DNA from: Actinomycetes bacterium | GTDB taxonomy: Bacteria; Actinomycetota; Acidimicrobiia; Acidimicrobiales; RAAP-2 | NCBI GenBank assembly: GCA_021798955.1 | Contig: JAJZBK010000002.1 | Location: 15,650 to 79,649, forward strand | DNA: 64,000 nucleotides | Direction of reading: 5' to 3' | Shown: positions 45,957 to 55,579 of the stretch, piece after piece | Position numbering within the stretch: position 1 is the first letter of the stretch | Layout of the letters: each line of letters begins with the position of its first letter | The notes under the pieces: generated by a model | Seen by the model: only the letters and a program-made list of their open reading frames with translations | Told to the model about the DNA's origin: nothing | Databases searched by the model: none | Translations under genes and position numbers: made by a program

Positions 45957-48799
45957 GCGTCACCCCCCTCGTCGGGCGCCCCGATGCGCTCGAAGTCACA
46001 GGGCACACCCCGGTCGACGGGGATGGGCTGCCACTCGCCCATCGAGTAGTTGATGTGCCCGTAGCCGCCGGCGAATGCGATCCACTTCACCATGCCGGCT
46101 TCGATCTCGTTGGCGCCCTTCCAGTCCGCGTACTGGTGGCCGTCCCAGCCGTTGTAGGAGATGATCTGGCCGGGTCGGACCCCGGGTGCCACCTTGGCCC
46201 GGGCCTGGAACGACGTGATGTCGTTCCACACGCGGATGAGGTCGTCGTCGGCCACCCCCCGGGCGGCGGCGTCCTCCACCGCCACCTCGACCAGCGGCTC
46301 ACCCCGGTGGGTCTGGAGGATGACCGGGTTGGCCTGGTTCATCGAGTGGATGCTCCAGCGGTTGTGGCCCGACGTCATCCGCAAGGGCTGGTTGCCCCCC
46401 GACGGCGGGTTCGGCTTGTGGACCGGCATCTCCTCGCCCGCCTCCAGCCACCACGGGTGGTCGATGTAGAACTGGGCGCGGCGTGCGTAGGTGGGGAACG
46501 GGTGGCCGTCCTCCACGTGGCTGCGGAAGGGCGAGTGGGTCTTGTTCGTCTCGAAGGGCGACGCCTGGGCCAGAGCGAACGGGCTGGTGCCCCAGCCGAT
46601 GAAGCGCTCGTAGCCCTTCTCCCGCATGGTAGCCAGGTTGGTGCCCTCGGGCAGGGTGCCGATGTAGACGGAGTCCCGCAGGATCTCGTCGGCCACCTGC
46701 TCGTCGGAGGTCAGGTAGCCGTTCAACGTGTAGCGGTCGACCATGTCGGCCGGCTGGAACGTGGCGCCGGTGCGGTTGGCGTACTCGGACATGCCCCGGG
46801 CCTCGGCCCGGCGAGCCAGGGCGTGGAGGAGGAGCCGGTAGATGTCCCACTCGGGCTTGGCCTCGCCGGCCGGCGTGGCGTTGCGGTCCGAGAAGGTCAG
46901 GCGCATGGTGTGAGACGTCGGGATGTGGAAGTTGACCTTCTCGTAGTGCTGGGCCGCCGGCAGGACGATGTCCGAGTTGAGCCCGGTGAAGTTGAGCCGG
47001 AAGTCGATCGACACGATGAGGTCGAGGTTGTCCCACAAGTTGGGACCGAGCTGGGTCGAGCCGCCCCGGGTGCGGCGCAGCATGTTCCCGCCGCACTCGA
47101 TGAGGACGTGGGGCGGCGATTCGGGTCGGGGCTCGTCGAGGCCGGCCCACCAGCCCGAGGCGATGGCCTCCTCGACGTACTCGTCGAAGGTGCGAGGCAG
47201 GGTGGCGTCCCCCCACTCCTTGCGGTTCCACCGCTCCTTGTAGTTCCCCTGCCAGTACCACCAGAAGGCGGGCGGTGACCCCCGCATGCCCGTGACCTGG
47301 CCGCCGGCCGACCGCACCTGGTTGGTCAGGCGCGACAGCTCGCGCACGGCCAGCTCGTCGGTGGTGATGCTGGGGTCGGCGTCGCGGAGGGCAGCGGTGC
47401 CCATCTCCTGGGCGGCGAGGAGCTGCTCGGCGCCTTCCACGCCCGGGACCGTCTTCACCATCAGGGTGAACATCCCGTCGGCCATGCCGATCATCCACGA
47501 CCGGATGCCGGTGCCGTGCTTGCCCCAGTTGCCGGTGACCCCGAGCAGGAGGCACATGGCCCGCTCGATCAGGTCGCCGTGGTAGTACTTGCACGAGTTC
47601 CAACCGAGCATGATGTTCGTCCGCTTGGTGGCAGCCTTGCGGGCCAGCATGCGGGTCACATCCGGGTGGATCCCCGTCGTCACCTGGCTCTGTTCGGGCG
47701 TGTAGCGCTCGTTCAGGTGGCGGGTCAGACGGGCGAGGACGGGCTCGACGGTCACCGTGGTGCCATCGGCCAGCGCCACCTCGAAGGTGCCCTCCAGGGC
47801 CATCTCCCGGCCCCCGAGGAGCAGGTTGCCCCGGTCGGCCTCGACCAGGCCGGCGTCCGGGTCCCAGTGGTAGAGCTGGTCCTCCCGGCCGAGGCCGGCG
47901 CCCTTCACGTCGGACGCCCGCAGGAACCGCCGGGTGTCGGTGCGGACCAGGCAGGGCAGGTCGGTCTGCTCTCGCATGAAGGTGACGTCGGCGATGCCCT
48001 CGTCCAGGATGACCTGCACCATGGCCAGGGCCAGAGCGGCGTCGTCACCGGGTGTGATGGGCACGTGGTAGTCGGCGTGCATGTGCGACGCGTTGAGGTC
48101 GGGGGAGATCGACACGACCTCGGCGCCGTGGTACCGGGCTTCGAGCATGTAGTGGTAGAAGGGGATGCGGGTGAAGGCCGGGTTCATGTGCCAGATGAGC
48201 ACGAGCTCGGAGTGGAACCAGTCGTCGGCCGACGACACCGGGTTCCACTTCCCGAACGTCTCGTGCAGCCCGATGGAGAAGTCGTTGAAGGACGGGTGGA
48301 GGTCGAGCGTCCGTCCCCCGATCACATTGAAGAAGCGATCGGTCGGGAACACGGCGGCCACCTCGGGAGTACCCTCCCGAACGATCGACTCCGGCCCCCC
48401 GACGGCGATGGCGTCGAGCATGGCGTCGGCCACCTGGTCGAGGGCCTCGTCCCAGCTGATGCGCTCCCACTGGCCGCTGCCGCGCTCGCCCACCCGCCGC
48501 ATCGGGTACAGCAGGCGGTCGCCGTCGTAGAGCTGCTGGCTCCAGCACGCTCCCTTGTTGCACCCCATCGGGTTGGCGTCGGGCACACCCGGCTCGGTGG
48601 GGACGAACGTGGCAGCCGGCTCCTCCCGGAGGACCCGGTCACCGGCGGAGTAGACCCGGTACGGACAGTTGCCCGGGTAGCAGTCGATGCAGTGGGTTCC
48701 CCACCCGACCGACTCCCAGGACCATCGGGCCCGGTAGGCGTCCTCCGCCCCCTTCTTCCCTCCGGTACGCGGCACCTCGACTACGTCTTGGACGTCCAC
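45953..48799 (-). CDS. Type-II DMSO-reductase-family molybdopterin catalytic subunit, alpha 1
   Basis: 948 aa with WGTHCIDCYPGNCPYRV (H-x3-C-x4-C), NPMGCNKG and SFNDFSIGLH. The N-terminus MDVQDVVEVPRTGGKKGAEDAYRARW has no RR motif, and 48799 is the first start after an in-frame stop. Confidence 0.9.
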   Translation of the reverse strand: MDVQDVVEVPRTGGKKGAEDAYRARWSWESVGWGTHCIDCYPGNCPYRVYSAGDRVLREEPAATFVPTEPGVPDANPMGCNKGACWSQQLYDGDRLLYPMRRVGERGSGQWERISWDEALDQVADAMLDAIAVGGPESIVREGTPEVAAVFPTDRFFNVIGGRTLDLHPSFNDFSIGLHETFGKWNPVSSADDWFHSELVLIWHMNPAFTRIPFYHYMLEARYHGAEVVSISPDLNASHMHADYHVPITPGDDAALALAMVQVILDEGIADVTFMREQTDLPCLVRTDTRRFLRASDVKGAGLGREDQLYHWDPDAGLVEADRGNLLLGGREMALEGTFEVALADGTTVTVEPVLARLTRHLNERYTPEQSQVTTGIHPDVTRMLARKAATKRTNIMLGWNSCKYYHGDLIERAMCLLLGVTGNWGKHGTGIRSWMIGMADGMFTLMVKTVPGVEGAEQLLAAQEMGTAALRDADPSITTDELAVRELSRLTNQVRSAGGQVTGMRGSPPAFWWYWQGNYKERWNRKEWGDATLPRTFDEYVEEAIASGWWAGLDEPRPESPPHVLIECGGNMLRRTRGGSTQLGPNLWDNLDLIVSIDFRLNFTGLNSDIVLPAAQHYEKVNFHIPTSHTMRLTFSDRNATPAGEAKPEWDIYRLLLHALARRAEARGMSEYANRTGATFQPADMVDRYTLNGYLTSDEQVADEILRDSVYIGTLPEGTNLATMREKGYERFIGWGTSPFALAQASPFETNKTHSPFRSHVEDGHPFPTYARRAQFYIDHPWWLEAGEEMPVHKPNPPSGGNQPLRMTSGHNRWSIHSMNQANPVILQTHRGEPLVEVAVEDAAARGVADDDLIRVWNDITSFQARAKVAPGVRPGQIISYNGWDGHQYADWKGANEIEAGMVKWIAFAGGYGHINYSMGEWQPIPVDRGVPCDFERIGAPDEGGDA

Positions 48800-48868
48800 G
48801 TCACTCCCCCCGCGCCATCCGGCCCGCTGCGCCGGCTCGTGTCGCCTGTCCGAATTGGACTGTTTCCT

Positions 48869-48898
48869 TATCTACCGCTCCCGGATTCGAAAAGTCAA
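48869..48898 (-). promoter_or_regulatory. Candidate sigma-70-type promoter of the Mo-enzyme operon
   Basis: The minus strand reads TTGACT-N18-TAGATA within a locally AT-rich stretch (48840-48960), about 70 nt upstream of the alpha-1 start. Confidence 0.3.
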
Positions 48899-49097
48899 TG
48901 CCACAACTTCTGTTTTATTGTCTCACTGGATGTACTGGTCGGTCGCCACGATCGTGGGACCGCGTGACGGCGGTGCCCGCCACCGTCATGGGACGGGTAG
49001 AACTGGCCCACCCTTCTGCCAGCCATGGGACCGCCCCTGAACCCACCAGTGCCGGCCGGTCATCAACTCGACTGGGCACCTCGATCCGCAACGGAGG

Positions 49098-49655
49098 GTG
49101 TGCCCGATGGCATGCAGGGAGGTGTCAGCGACGCAGGTCAAAGAAGTGCTGCGACGGTGGCTTCGCGACGACGCGGGGCTCCGGTCCGCCGCTGCCGTCT
49201 CCGACGTCGACCGGAAGACGGCTCGCCGCTACGTGGACGCGGCGGCAGCCCTCGGGCTCGATCGCAGCGGCGGTGAGGACCAGCTCACCGACGAGTTGAT
49301 CGGGGGGTCTGCGGGGCCGCCTGGTCGTTCTTCGGGGGCGTCTTCCCGATCCTCATCCCCGACAACCTGACGCCGGTCATCACCAAGGCCGAGCCCACCG
49401 AGCCGAGGATCAACGACACGTTCCTCGAGTACGCACAGGACCGGGGGTTCCTCGTCGATGCCGCCCGGGTCCGCTACCCGAAGGACAAGCCGCGGGTCGA
49501 GCGCCAGGTGCCCTTCGTGCGCGGTCGGTTCTTCAAGGGTGGGACGTTCGTCGACCTGGCCGATGCCCAGCGCCGGGCCGAGGCGTGGTGTGCGAAGGGT
49601 GCGGGCATGCGCATCCACGGCACGACATGGTGCCGACCTACCGAGGGCGCCGAAG
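49098..49655 (+). pseudogene. IS21-family istA transposase remnant with internal deletion and frameshift
   Basis: The N-terminal HTH part (...LRSAAAVSDVDRKTARRYVDAAAALGLDRSGGEDQLTDELIG) joins near 49300 in another frame to AAWSFFGGVFPILIPDNL...YPKDKPRVERQVPFVRGRFF...DLADAQRRAEAWC...RIHGTTWCRP. The DDE core and istB are absent. Confidence 0.7.
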
Positions 49656-49901
49656 CCGTCTGGCACGTCCACCCTGCGGCGGAGCGGGCGATCGCGATGG
49701 CGAGGTTGCAGCAGGTAGCTGCGATCTCGAGGTCCCAACAGATTCGAGGTCCCGCCAGAACGGTGGCCCCCCACTCGCGTAGACCGCGGATCCCCCGGTG
49801 GAGCGGGGCGCAGCAGAGCTGACCCTGACGGTGGGGCGGGCGGGCGACGGCGCCTGTTCGCCCGCAAGGTGGTTCTGACCGTCGTGGTCAGCGAGCTCCG
49901 G

Positions 49902-50579
49902 TCAGGCGACCTGACCGCTCGGGGAGCGGCGCTGCGAGGATCGGCGGCGAACGTGCTCCAGGTGGATTGCCGTGAGGAAGGGCAGGACGAGCAGAGCGAC
50001 GAACGCCAGGACGCCGACAGCTGGCGGAAGTACCGTTCCTCCGACGCACTGCTCGACGGTAGGCCTGCCTGGCCCCCCGCTGCTGGACCCACAGATGGCC
50101 ACGGGGCGCGTGGCGAGCACGAAGAGACCGAGCAGACCACCGGGGACGACGAACGTGCCGAGGAGCTTGTCTCGCATGGAGAAGATCGTCGAAGACCCGA
50201 GCGCGACGACGCCGCCGAGCCACCCCACCACGCCGACGACCAGCGAGAGCGGCGCCGGACCAGCACCGCCGACGACGTAGCCCACGACCCCGCCGAACAG
50301 CAAGAGCCAGGGGACCCAGGCATCCACGTGCCGTTCCAGCCGAAGAGGCATGCCGATTCCCGCTTCGGCGGCGATTGCCTCCGGATCTCCCATCCGATCG
50401 AGCAACGAACGCAGACCCGCCTCGTCGAGAGGGTCGAGGCCGGTCCGACCCTCGGCGATGTGGCCGGCGACGTCCTCGACCATCTGCCGGCGCACCTCGG
50501 GAGGGAGGCCACGCAGCGCCGCATCCAGCTCGTCGAGGTACCGCTCGACCATGTCATCGGTCCCCTGCCTGATCTTCAT
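49902..50579 (-). CDS. DUF1700/HAAS-like membrane protein (PadR partner)
   Basis: The ATG at 50579 overlaps the PadR stop (ATGA). The N-terminus VERYLDELDAALRGLPPEVRRQMVEDVAGHI is followed by TM segments. Confidence 0.6.
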   Translation of the reverse strand: MKIRQGTDDMVERYLDELDAALRGLPPEVRRQMVEDVAGHIAEGRTGLDPLDEAGLRSLLDRMGDPEAIAAEAGIGMPLRLERHVDAWVPWLLLFGGVVGYVVGGAGPAPLSLVVGVVGWLGGVVALGSSTIFSMRDKLLGTFVVPGGLLGLFVLATRPVAICGSSSGGPGRPTVEQCVGGTVLPPAVGVLAFVALLVLPFLTAIHLEHVRRRSSQRRSPSGQVA

Positions 50580-50926
50580 GCAGTGCTCCCCTCGCCGAGG
50601 ATGTGGTCGACCGTGTCCCGGAAGACCTTCCAGTAGTCGATAAAGCTCGCCAGCGATCGCTCCCCCGCCTCGGTGATGCGGTAGTAGCGGCGGGGCGGGC
50701 CGGCCGTGGACTCCTGCCACGTGGTCTCCACCAGACCGTTGCGCCGTAGGCGGGCCAGGAGCGGATAGATGGTCCCCTCGCTGGCGATCAGCCCATCTGC
50801 ACCGGCAAGGATCCGAGCGAGGTCGAAGCCGTACCGCTCACCCTGGTGAAGCAGGGCCAGAACGCAGTGCTCGGCGGTGCCTCGGCGAAGCTGCGCCACC
50901 CACGGGACCTCATCGCCAGGTACCAT
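50576..50926 (-). CDS. PadR-family transcriptional regulator
   Basis: 116 aa from the ATG at 50926 with a winged helix (HCVLALLHQGERYGFDL...GTIYPLLARLRRNGLVE...RRYYRITEAG). Confidence 0.85.
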   Translation of the reverse strand: MVPGDEVPWVAQLRRGTAEHCVLALLHQGERYGFDLARILAGADGLIASEGTIYPLLARLRRNGLVETTWQESTAGPPRRYYRITEAGERSLASFIDYWKVFRDTVDHILGEGSTA

Positions 50927-51161
50927 GCACCATAAGCTAGTGGAGGTTACCGAGTCTGCCAAAAGGCGTCTGCGGCACCGGCGTCCACCGTGGGCCACCA
51001 CCTCGCCCGGTGGCCGCAACGGGCACAACAGAGCCGGAACGACCCCAGGGGCTTCTGCGCCACACCTCCGGTCACGTCCGCCAGCACAGATCCGGTCCTC
51101 GACACCGATCGAGCCGTCTCGAGGACTTCAGAAGTGGCGACGGGATGCCGATCCCACCCCC

Positions 51162-52946
51162 ATGACCCTGGGCAGGGAGCAACCAGCAGAGGAGCCGGCG
51201 GCGGAGCCACGGGCACTGGCCCACGTCGGACCAGGAGCGGACAGCCGCTCCGGACCCGGACCCGGAGGCGACGATGGAGAAGGAACGGCGACGCGGGCTG
51301 TCGATGCCGTCGTTGCGACGTTGCTCGCCCAGCATCCCCGAGGGACCGTCGTCGCCCTCAACGAGGACGCCGTCTTCGTGGCCATCCCGCCGAGCGTGCT
51401 GGTCGCCTCGACCCACCGGCTCGTCCAGGAGGGCTCGGCCATCGAGTTCGTCATCCCGCAGGACCGCTCGGTCATCGTCAACCTCTACGTCCAGGCCCGC
51501 GTCACCGGGTTGGCGACGGCCACCGTCCACCTGGTCGACGAGCCCGATCGGCCGGTCACCGCCCACTTCGTCGACTGCCGGTCGGTGTACGGCGTCATCA
51601 TGGGCGTCGTCAGCGAGCAGCTCGACGACGTGCACGACCTCGTCGCCCAGTGGACCGCCCCGCACCTCCCCCCACGGCTCGCCCGGGCCGTCAAGGACGA
51701 GTCGGCCGTCTACGTCTCCTTCGACGAGGGCTTCTGCCAGATCCTCGGCTGGGACCGTGACGAGCTGGTCGGCGAGCGGGCCCTCCAGATCGTCCACCCG
51801 GACGACCACGACCTCGCCATCGCCAACTGGGTCGACATGCTGGAGCACCCCGGCCCCGGCCGGCGCGTCCGTCTCCGCCACCAGCACAAGGACGGGCACT
51901 GGGTCTGGCTCGAGATCATGAACGACAATCGTCTGGACGACCCCGACAACCCTGTCGTGGTTGCCGAGATGGTCGACATCTCGGACGAGATGGCCACCCA
52001 CGAAGCCCTCCGGGCCAGCGAGCAGCTCCTACGCGAGCTGGCCCAGACCATCCCCATCGGGCTCGTCCACAGCGACCCGTCGGGTCGGGTCCTCTTCGCC
52101 AACGACCGCCTCGAAGAGATCCTCGGTGCCGACGGCATCCAGTCGGTCGACGACCTCGTGGCCGCAGTCGCACCGGAGGACGCCGAGGCCGTGGCGCTCG
52201 CCGTCCGCTCGACGGTGGACACCCAGACGGGGGCCGACCTCGAGCTGCGCGTGCCGTCGGCCGTCGGCTCCCTGCGTCACTGCACCCTGCGGCTCCGTCC
52301 GCTCGTCAACGACGACCAGGTCGTCACCGGGATCATCGGCTGCGTCGAGGACGTGACCGACAGCGTCCGGATGCGCCAACGGCTCGAGGTGCAAGCCACC
52401 TTCGACCCGCTCACCGAGTGCTACAACCGCGCGTCGTCGCTGGCGGCGCTGCAGTCCGCACTCCACCAGATCGGCGGGCACGGCCCGGTCGGTGTGGCCA
52501 TCGCCTACGTCGACCTCGACGAGTTCAAGCCGGTCAACGACACCTACGGGCACGCCACCGGCGACGACCTCCTCGTGGTGGCGGCCAAGCGGATCCGCCA
52601 GTCGGTGCGGTCCAGTGACATCGTCGGCCGCCTCGGCGGCGACGAGTTTCTGGTCATCTGCTCGAAGGTCGGCTACCCGGGCGACGCCGTGCGTATCGGG
52701 GATGCCGTCGCGACCCACCTGTGCCAACCGGCGACCGTCGGCGAGCTCGAGCTCGACATCCGGGCGAGCGTGGGCGTCGCCTGGACCGACGATCCCGACA
52801 TCGACCCCGAGCGTCTGGTCGCAGCAGCCGACGAGGCGATGTACCGGTCGAAGCACGACCGCCGCTGCGAGCCCGCCCTGGCCGATCCGTTCCTCGTCGG
52901 CGACCACGAGGCCCCCCACGACGCCGCCGTACCTGCTGCGTCCTGA
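51162..52946 (+). CDS. PAS-domain diguanylate cyclase (GGDEF)
   Basis: The ATG at 51162 gives 594 aa. It has PAS-like regions and a C-terminal GGDEF domain (RLGGDEFLV, YGHATGDDLL). Confidence 0.85.
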   Translation: MTLGREQPAEEPAAEPRALAHVGPGADSRSGPGPGGDDGEGTATRAVDAVVATLLAQHPRGTVVALNEDAVFVAIPPSVLVASTHRLVQEGSAIEFVIPQDRSVIVNLYVQARVTGLATATVHLVDEPDRPVTAHFVDCRSVYGVIMGVVSEQLDDVHDLVAQWTAPHLPPRLARAVKDESAVYVSFDEGFCQILGWDRDELVGERALQIVHPDDHDLAIANWVDMLEHPGPGRRVRLRHQHKDGHWVWLEIMNDNRLDDPDNPVVVAEMVDISDEMATHEALRASEQLLRELAQTIPIGLVHSDPSGRVLFANDRLEEILGADGIQSVDDLVAAVAPEDAEAVALAVRSTVDTQTGADLELRVPSAVGSLRHCTLRLRPLVNDDQVVTGIIGCVEDVTDSVRMRQRLEVQATFDPLTECYNRASSLAALQSALHQIGGHGPVGVAIAYVDLDEFKPVNDTYGHATGDDLLVVAAKRIRQSVRSSDIVGRLGGDEFLVICSKVGYPGDAVRIGDAVATHLCQPATVGELELDIRASVGVAWTDDPDIDPERLVAAADEAMYRSKHDRRCEPALADPFLVGDHEAPHDAAVPAAS

Positions 52947-52999
52947 ACGCCGGCTTCGGCTCCCGTGCTCCTGCTCGGGACCGGCCCCGGCGCAGGAGC

Positions 53000-53749
53000 T
53001 CAGTCGGGGAGGCCGGTCTGGCGGACGGTGACGTTGACCCTCGACACACGCAGCTCGAGACCAGCAGGTCCGGTGCCCGGCAGCACCTTCGGCACGCCGT
53101 GGTAGGCGCGCCGCGACGGCCCGCCGAAGACGAACAGGTCCCCTGAGCGCAGCTCGACGTCTACCCAGGGACGAGCGCGGCCCGACGCGTTCCCGAAGCG
53201 GAAGATGGCTGTGTCCCCCAGGCTGAGGGAGACGACCGGGGCATCGGCACGCTCCTCTCGGTCGGCGTGCATCCCCATCCGCGACCGTGGGCCGTACTCG
53301 TTGACGAGGGCGACGTCGGGTTCGAAGACGGCCGACGCGGCGGGCCCGAGCGTCTCGCCGACCGCCCGGCGGGCCAGCGCGGCGAGGTCCTCGGGCAGGG
53401 GCGGTGCCGTTCCGCCGTCACCGTCCACCCGGGTGCGCGTGTAGCGGTAGGGGCTCCAGTGCCAACCGAGACAGGCGATCCCCACTGACATCACGGCACC
53501 GCCGCGCACCACCGGCCGCCGAGCACCACCGGCCGCCGCCACCCAGCGGGCGCACGCTCGGGCCAGCGACCACTGCGCTTCCTCGTCGAGCCAACCGGGG
53601 ACGTGGACGGCACCGGGTGCCACCGTCAGCGGAGGCGGGTCGAACAGCCGGCTCACCGACTCTGGGTGAAACGGGCCCTCTCGCTCACAGGGGGCGCCAC
53701 CGGTTACCGACCCTGCCCGCCACGTCCTCCCGGGTGCCGCACGAAGCAC
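53000..53749 (-). CDS. alkB: Alpha-ketoglutarate-dependent dioxygenase AlkB
   Basis: Fe(II)/2OG motifs MGMHADREE...SLSLGDTAIFRFG...GDLFVFGGPSRRAYHGVPK. An alternative GTG start is at 53656. Confidence 0.8.
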   Translation of the reverse strand: MLRAAPGRTWRAGSVTGGAPCEREGPFHPESVSRLFDPPPLTVAPGAVHVPGWLDEEAQWSLARACARWVAAAGGARRPVVRGGAVMSVGIACLGWHWSPYRYTRTRVDGDGGTAPPLPEDLAALARRAVGETLGPAASAVFEPDVALVNEYGPRSRMGMHADREERADAPVVSLSLGDTAIFRFGNASGRARPWVDVELRSGDLFVFGGPSRRAYHGVPKVLPGTGPAGLELRVSRVNVTVRQTGLPD

Positions 53750-53778
53750 CGACGGCAGGGGGGCCTCCGGTGAGGACG

Positions 53779-54237
53779 TCAGGTGCCACGGCCGGCAAGG
53801 ACGTCGAGTGCCCGATCGGCGTGGAGGTGCATGCGCACCTCGCTGCTGATGACGGCCTGGATGCGACGGTCGCTGCCGATGACGAACGTGGTCCGCTTGG
53901 TCGGCGACAGGGTGGTGATCCGTCGCCGCACCCCGAACTGGGTCGCCACCACCCCGTCTGGGTCCGAGAGCAGGGGGAAGTCGAAGGCGTGCTTGTCCGA
54001 GAAGCGCTTCTGCTTTTCCACCGGGTCCGCGCTGATGCCGATCCGTCGGGCGCCGACGGCTTCGAACTCCGCCTTGAGGTCGCGGAAGTGACAGCTCTCG
54101 GCCGTGCAGCCGGGGGTCATCGCCGCCGGGTAGAAGAACAGGACGACGGGCCCGTCCTGGACGAGCTCCGACAGGCGACGAAGCACGCCCTGCTCGTCGG
54201 GGAGCTCGAAGTCGGGAGCGAGGTCACCGACGCGCAC
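53779..54237 (-). CDS. bcp: Thiol peroxidase / peroxiredoxin Bcp
   Basis: 152 aa. FFYPAAMTPGCTAESCHF contains the peroxidatic Cys motif. Confidence 0.9.
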   Translation of the reverse strand: MRVGDLAPDFELPDEQGVLRRLSELVQDGPVVLFFYPAAMTPGCTAESCHFRDLKAEFEAVGARRIGISADPVEKQKRFSDKHAFDFPLLSDPDGVVATQFGVRRRITTLSPTKRTTFVIGSDRRIQAVISSEVRMHLHADRALDVLAGRGT

Positions 54238-54460
54238 GGCGTCATGCTAGTCGCCGGGCGGTCGTGAGGGCCGGGGCGCCCCGGCCCGTCGAGCGCCGGC
54301 GCCCCGTGGAAGTCGCGGCCGCGGGGAAGGCCGGGCCGGCCGAGCCCGTTTGACCCCTAAGATCCCCCCCGTCAAGACGCCCGCTGATCCGCCTAGGTGA
54401 CCGACGGGGCCCAGGGTGGCCTGTCGGCACGTCTCGGCCCTCAGGAGACTGCGCCCCACC

Positions 54461-55579
54461 ATGACGCACGCCATCACCGCTGACGACCTCCGCAAAGTCT
54501 TTCGCGGTCGTCGCGAGGTGCGAGCGCTCGACGGCGTCAGCTTCGCCGTCGAAGAGGCGACCGTCTTCGGCCTGCTCGGACCCAACGGCGCGGGCAAGAC
54601 GACAGCGGTCCGGATCCTCACCACCATCCTGCGGCCGGACAGCGGCACGGCCCGGGTCCTCGGCCACGACGTCGTCCACGAACCGTCGGTGGTACGCACG
54701 CTCATCGGCCTGGCCGGCCAGTACGCGGCGGTCGACGAGCACCTGACCGGGCGCGAGAACCTCACGATGGTCGGTCGGCTCAACCACCTCGGCCGGACGG
54801 TCGTGCGCGATCGGGTCGCCGCCCTGCTCGACGAGTTCGGGTTGACGGACGCCGCCGACCGTCCCCTCAAGACGTACTCGGGCGGGATGCGTCGACGCCT
54901 CGACCTCGCTGCCGCGCTGGTGGCCCGCCCGAGCGTCCTCTTCCTCGACGAGCCCACCACCGGGCTCGACCCCCAGAGCCGCAACGACCTGTGGGAGGTG
55001 ATCGAGACGCTCGTCGACAACGGCACCACCGTGCTGTTGACCACCCAGTACCTCGAGGAGGCCGACCGCCTGGCCAAGATGCTCGCCGTCGTCGACCAGG
55101 GACGGGTCATCGCCGAGGGGACGCCGGCCAAGCTCAAGGCCGACCTCGGCGCGACCGTGCTCGAGGTGGGGCTGCACGACCACGGCGACGCCGACCGGAC
55201 CATGGCCGCGCTCGCTGCGCTCGGTCCCCACTCCCCCACCCGCGAGGGAAGCCTGGTGGAGGTCACCGTCGACGACGGGCCGCGAGCAGCCATGACCGCC
55301 TTGCGCGCCCTCGACAGCGAGGGCATCACCCCCATCCACTTCACCCTGCGCGAGCCGAGCCTCGACGACGTCTTCCTCGCCCTGACCGGGCGCCGGGCTG
55401 GAGGAGGGGCGGGGCAGGACGGCACGGAGGCAGGGACAGGCACGGAGGCAGGAGCAGGCACGGGGGCAGGAGCAGGCACGGAGGCAGGGACAGGCACGGA
55501 GGCAGGGACAGGCACGGGGTCCGAGGGGAGCGGCCAAGGAGCGAGCGCCCTCGGAGCAGGGACTGGAGGGCGGCCGTGA
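54461..55579 (+). CDS. ABC transporter ATP-binding protein (DrrA-like) with repetitive G/T/E/A tail
   Basis: Walker A GPNGAGKTT, signature YSGGMRRR, Walker B LFLDEPTTGLD. Start at the ATG at 54461 (MTHAITADDL). Confidence 0.9.
   Translation: MTHAITADDLRKVFRGRREVRALDGVSFAVEEATVFGLLGPNGAGKTTAVRILTTILRPDSGTARVLGHDVVHEPSVVRTLIGLAGQYAAVDEHLTGRENLTMVGRLNHLGRTVVRDRVAALLDEFGLTDAADRPLKTYSGGMRRRLDLAAALVARPSVLFLDEPTTGLDPQSRNDLWEVIETLVDNGTTVLLTTQYLEEADRLAKMLAVVDQGRVIAEGTPAKLKADLGATVLEVGLHDHGDADRTMAALAALGPHSPTREGSLVEVTVDDGPRAAMTALRALDSEGITPIHFTLREPSLDDVFLALTGRRAGGGAGQDGTEAGTGTEAGAGTGAGAGTEAGTGTEAGTGTGSEGSGQGASALGAGTGGRP
55421..55510. repeat. 18-bp tandem repeat x5 (ggcacggaggcagggaca) in the ABC ATPase 3' end
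   Basis: Five copies, three of them identical, encoding GTEAGT-type hexapeptides. Confidence 0.8.

Noticed and set aside
49735-49780. Possible attR: atctcgaggtcccaacagattcgaggtcccgccagaac resembles the tRNA-Arg T-arm/3' end (ggttcgagtcctgccgag)
   Set aside because: The match is only about 16-17 of 22 positions, needs a gap, and has no complementary T-stem. This could be chance, so it cannot be used to define the island boundary without comparative data.
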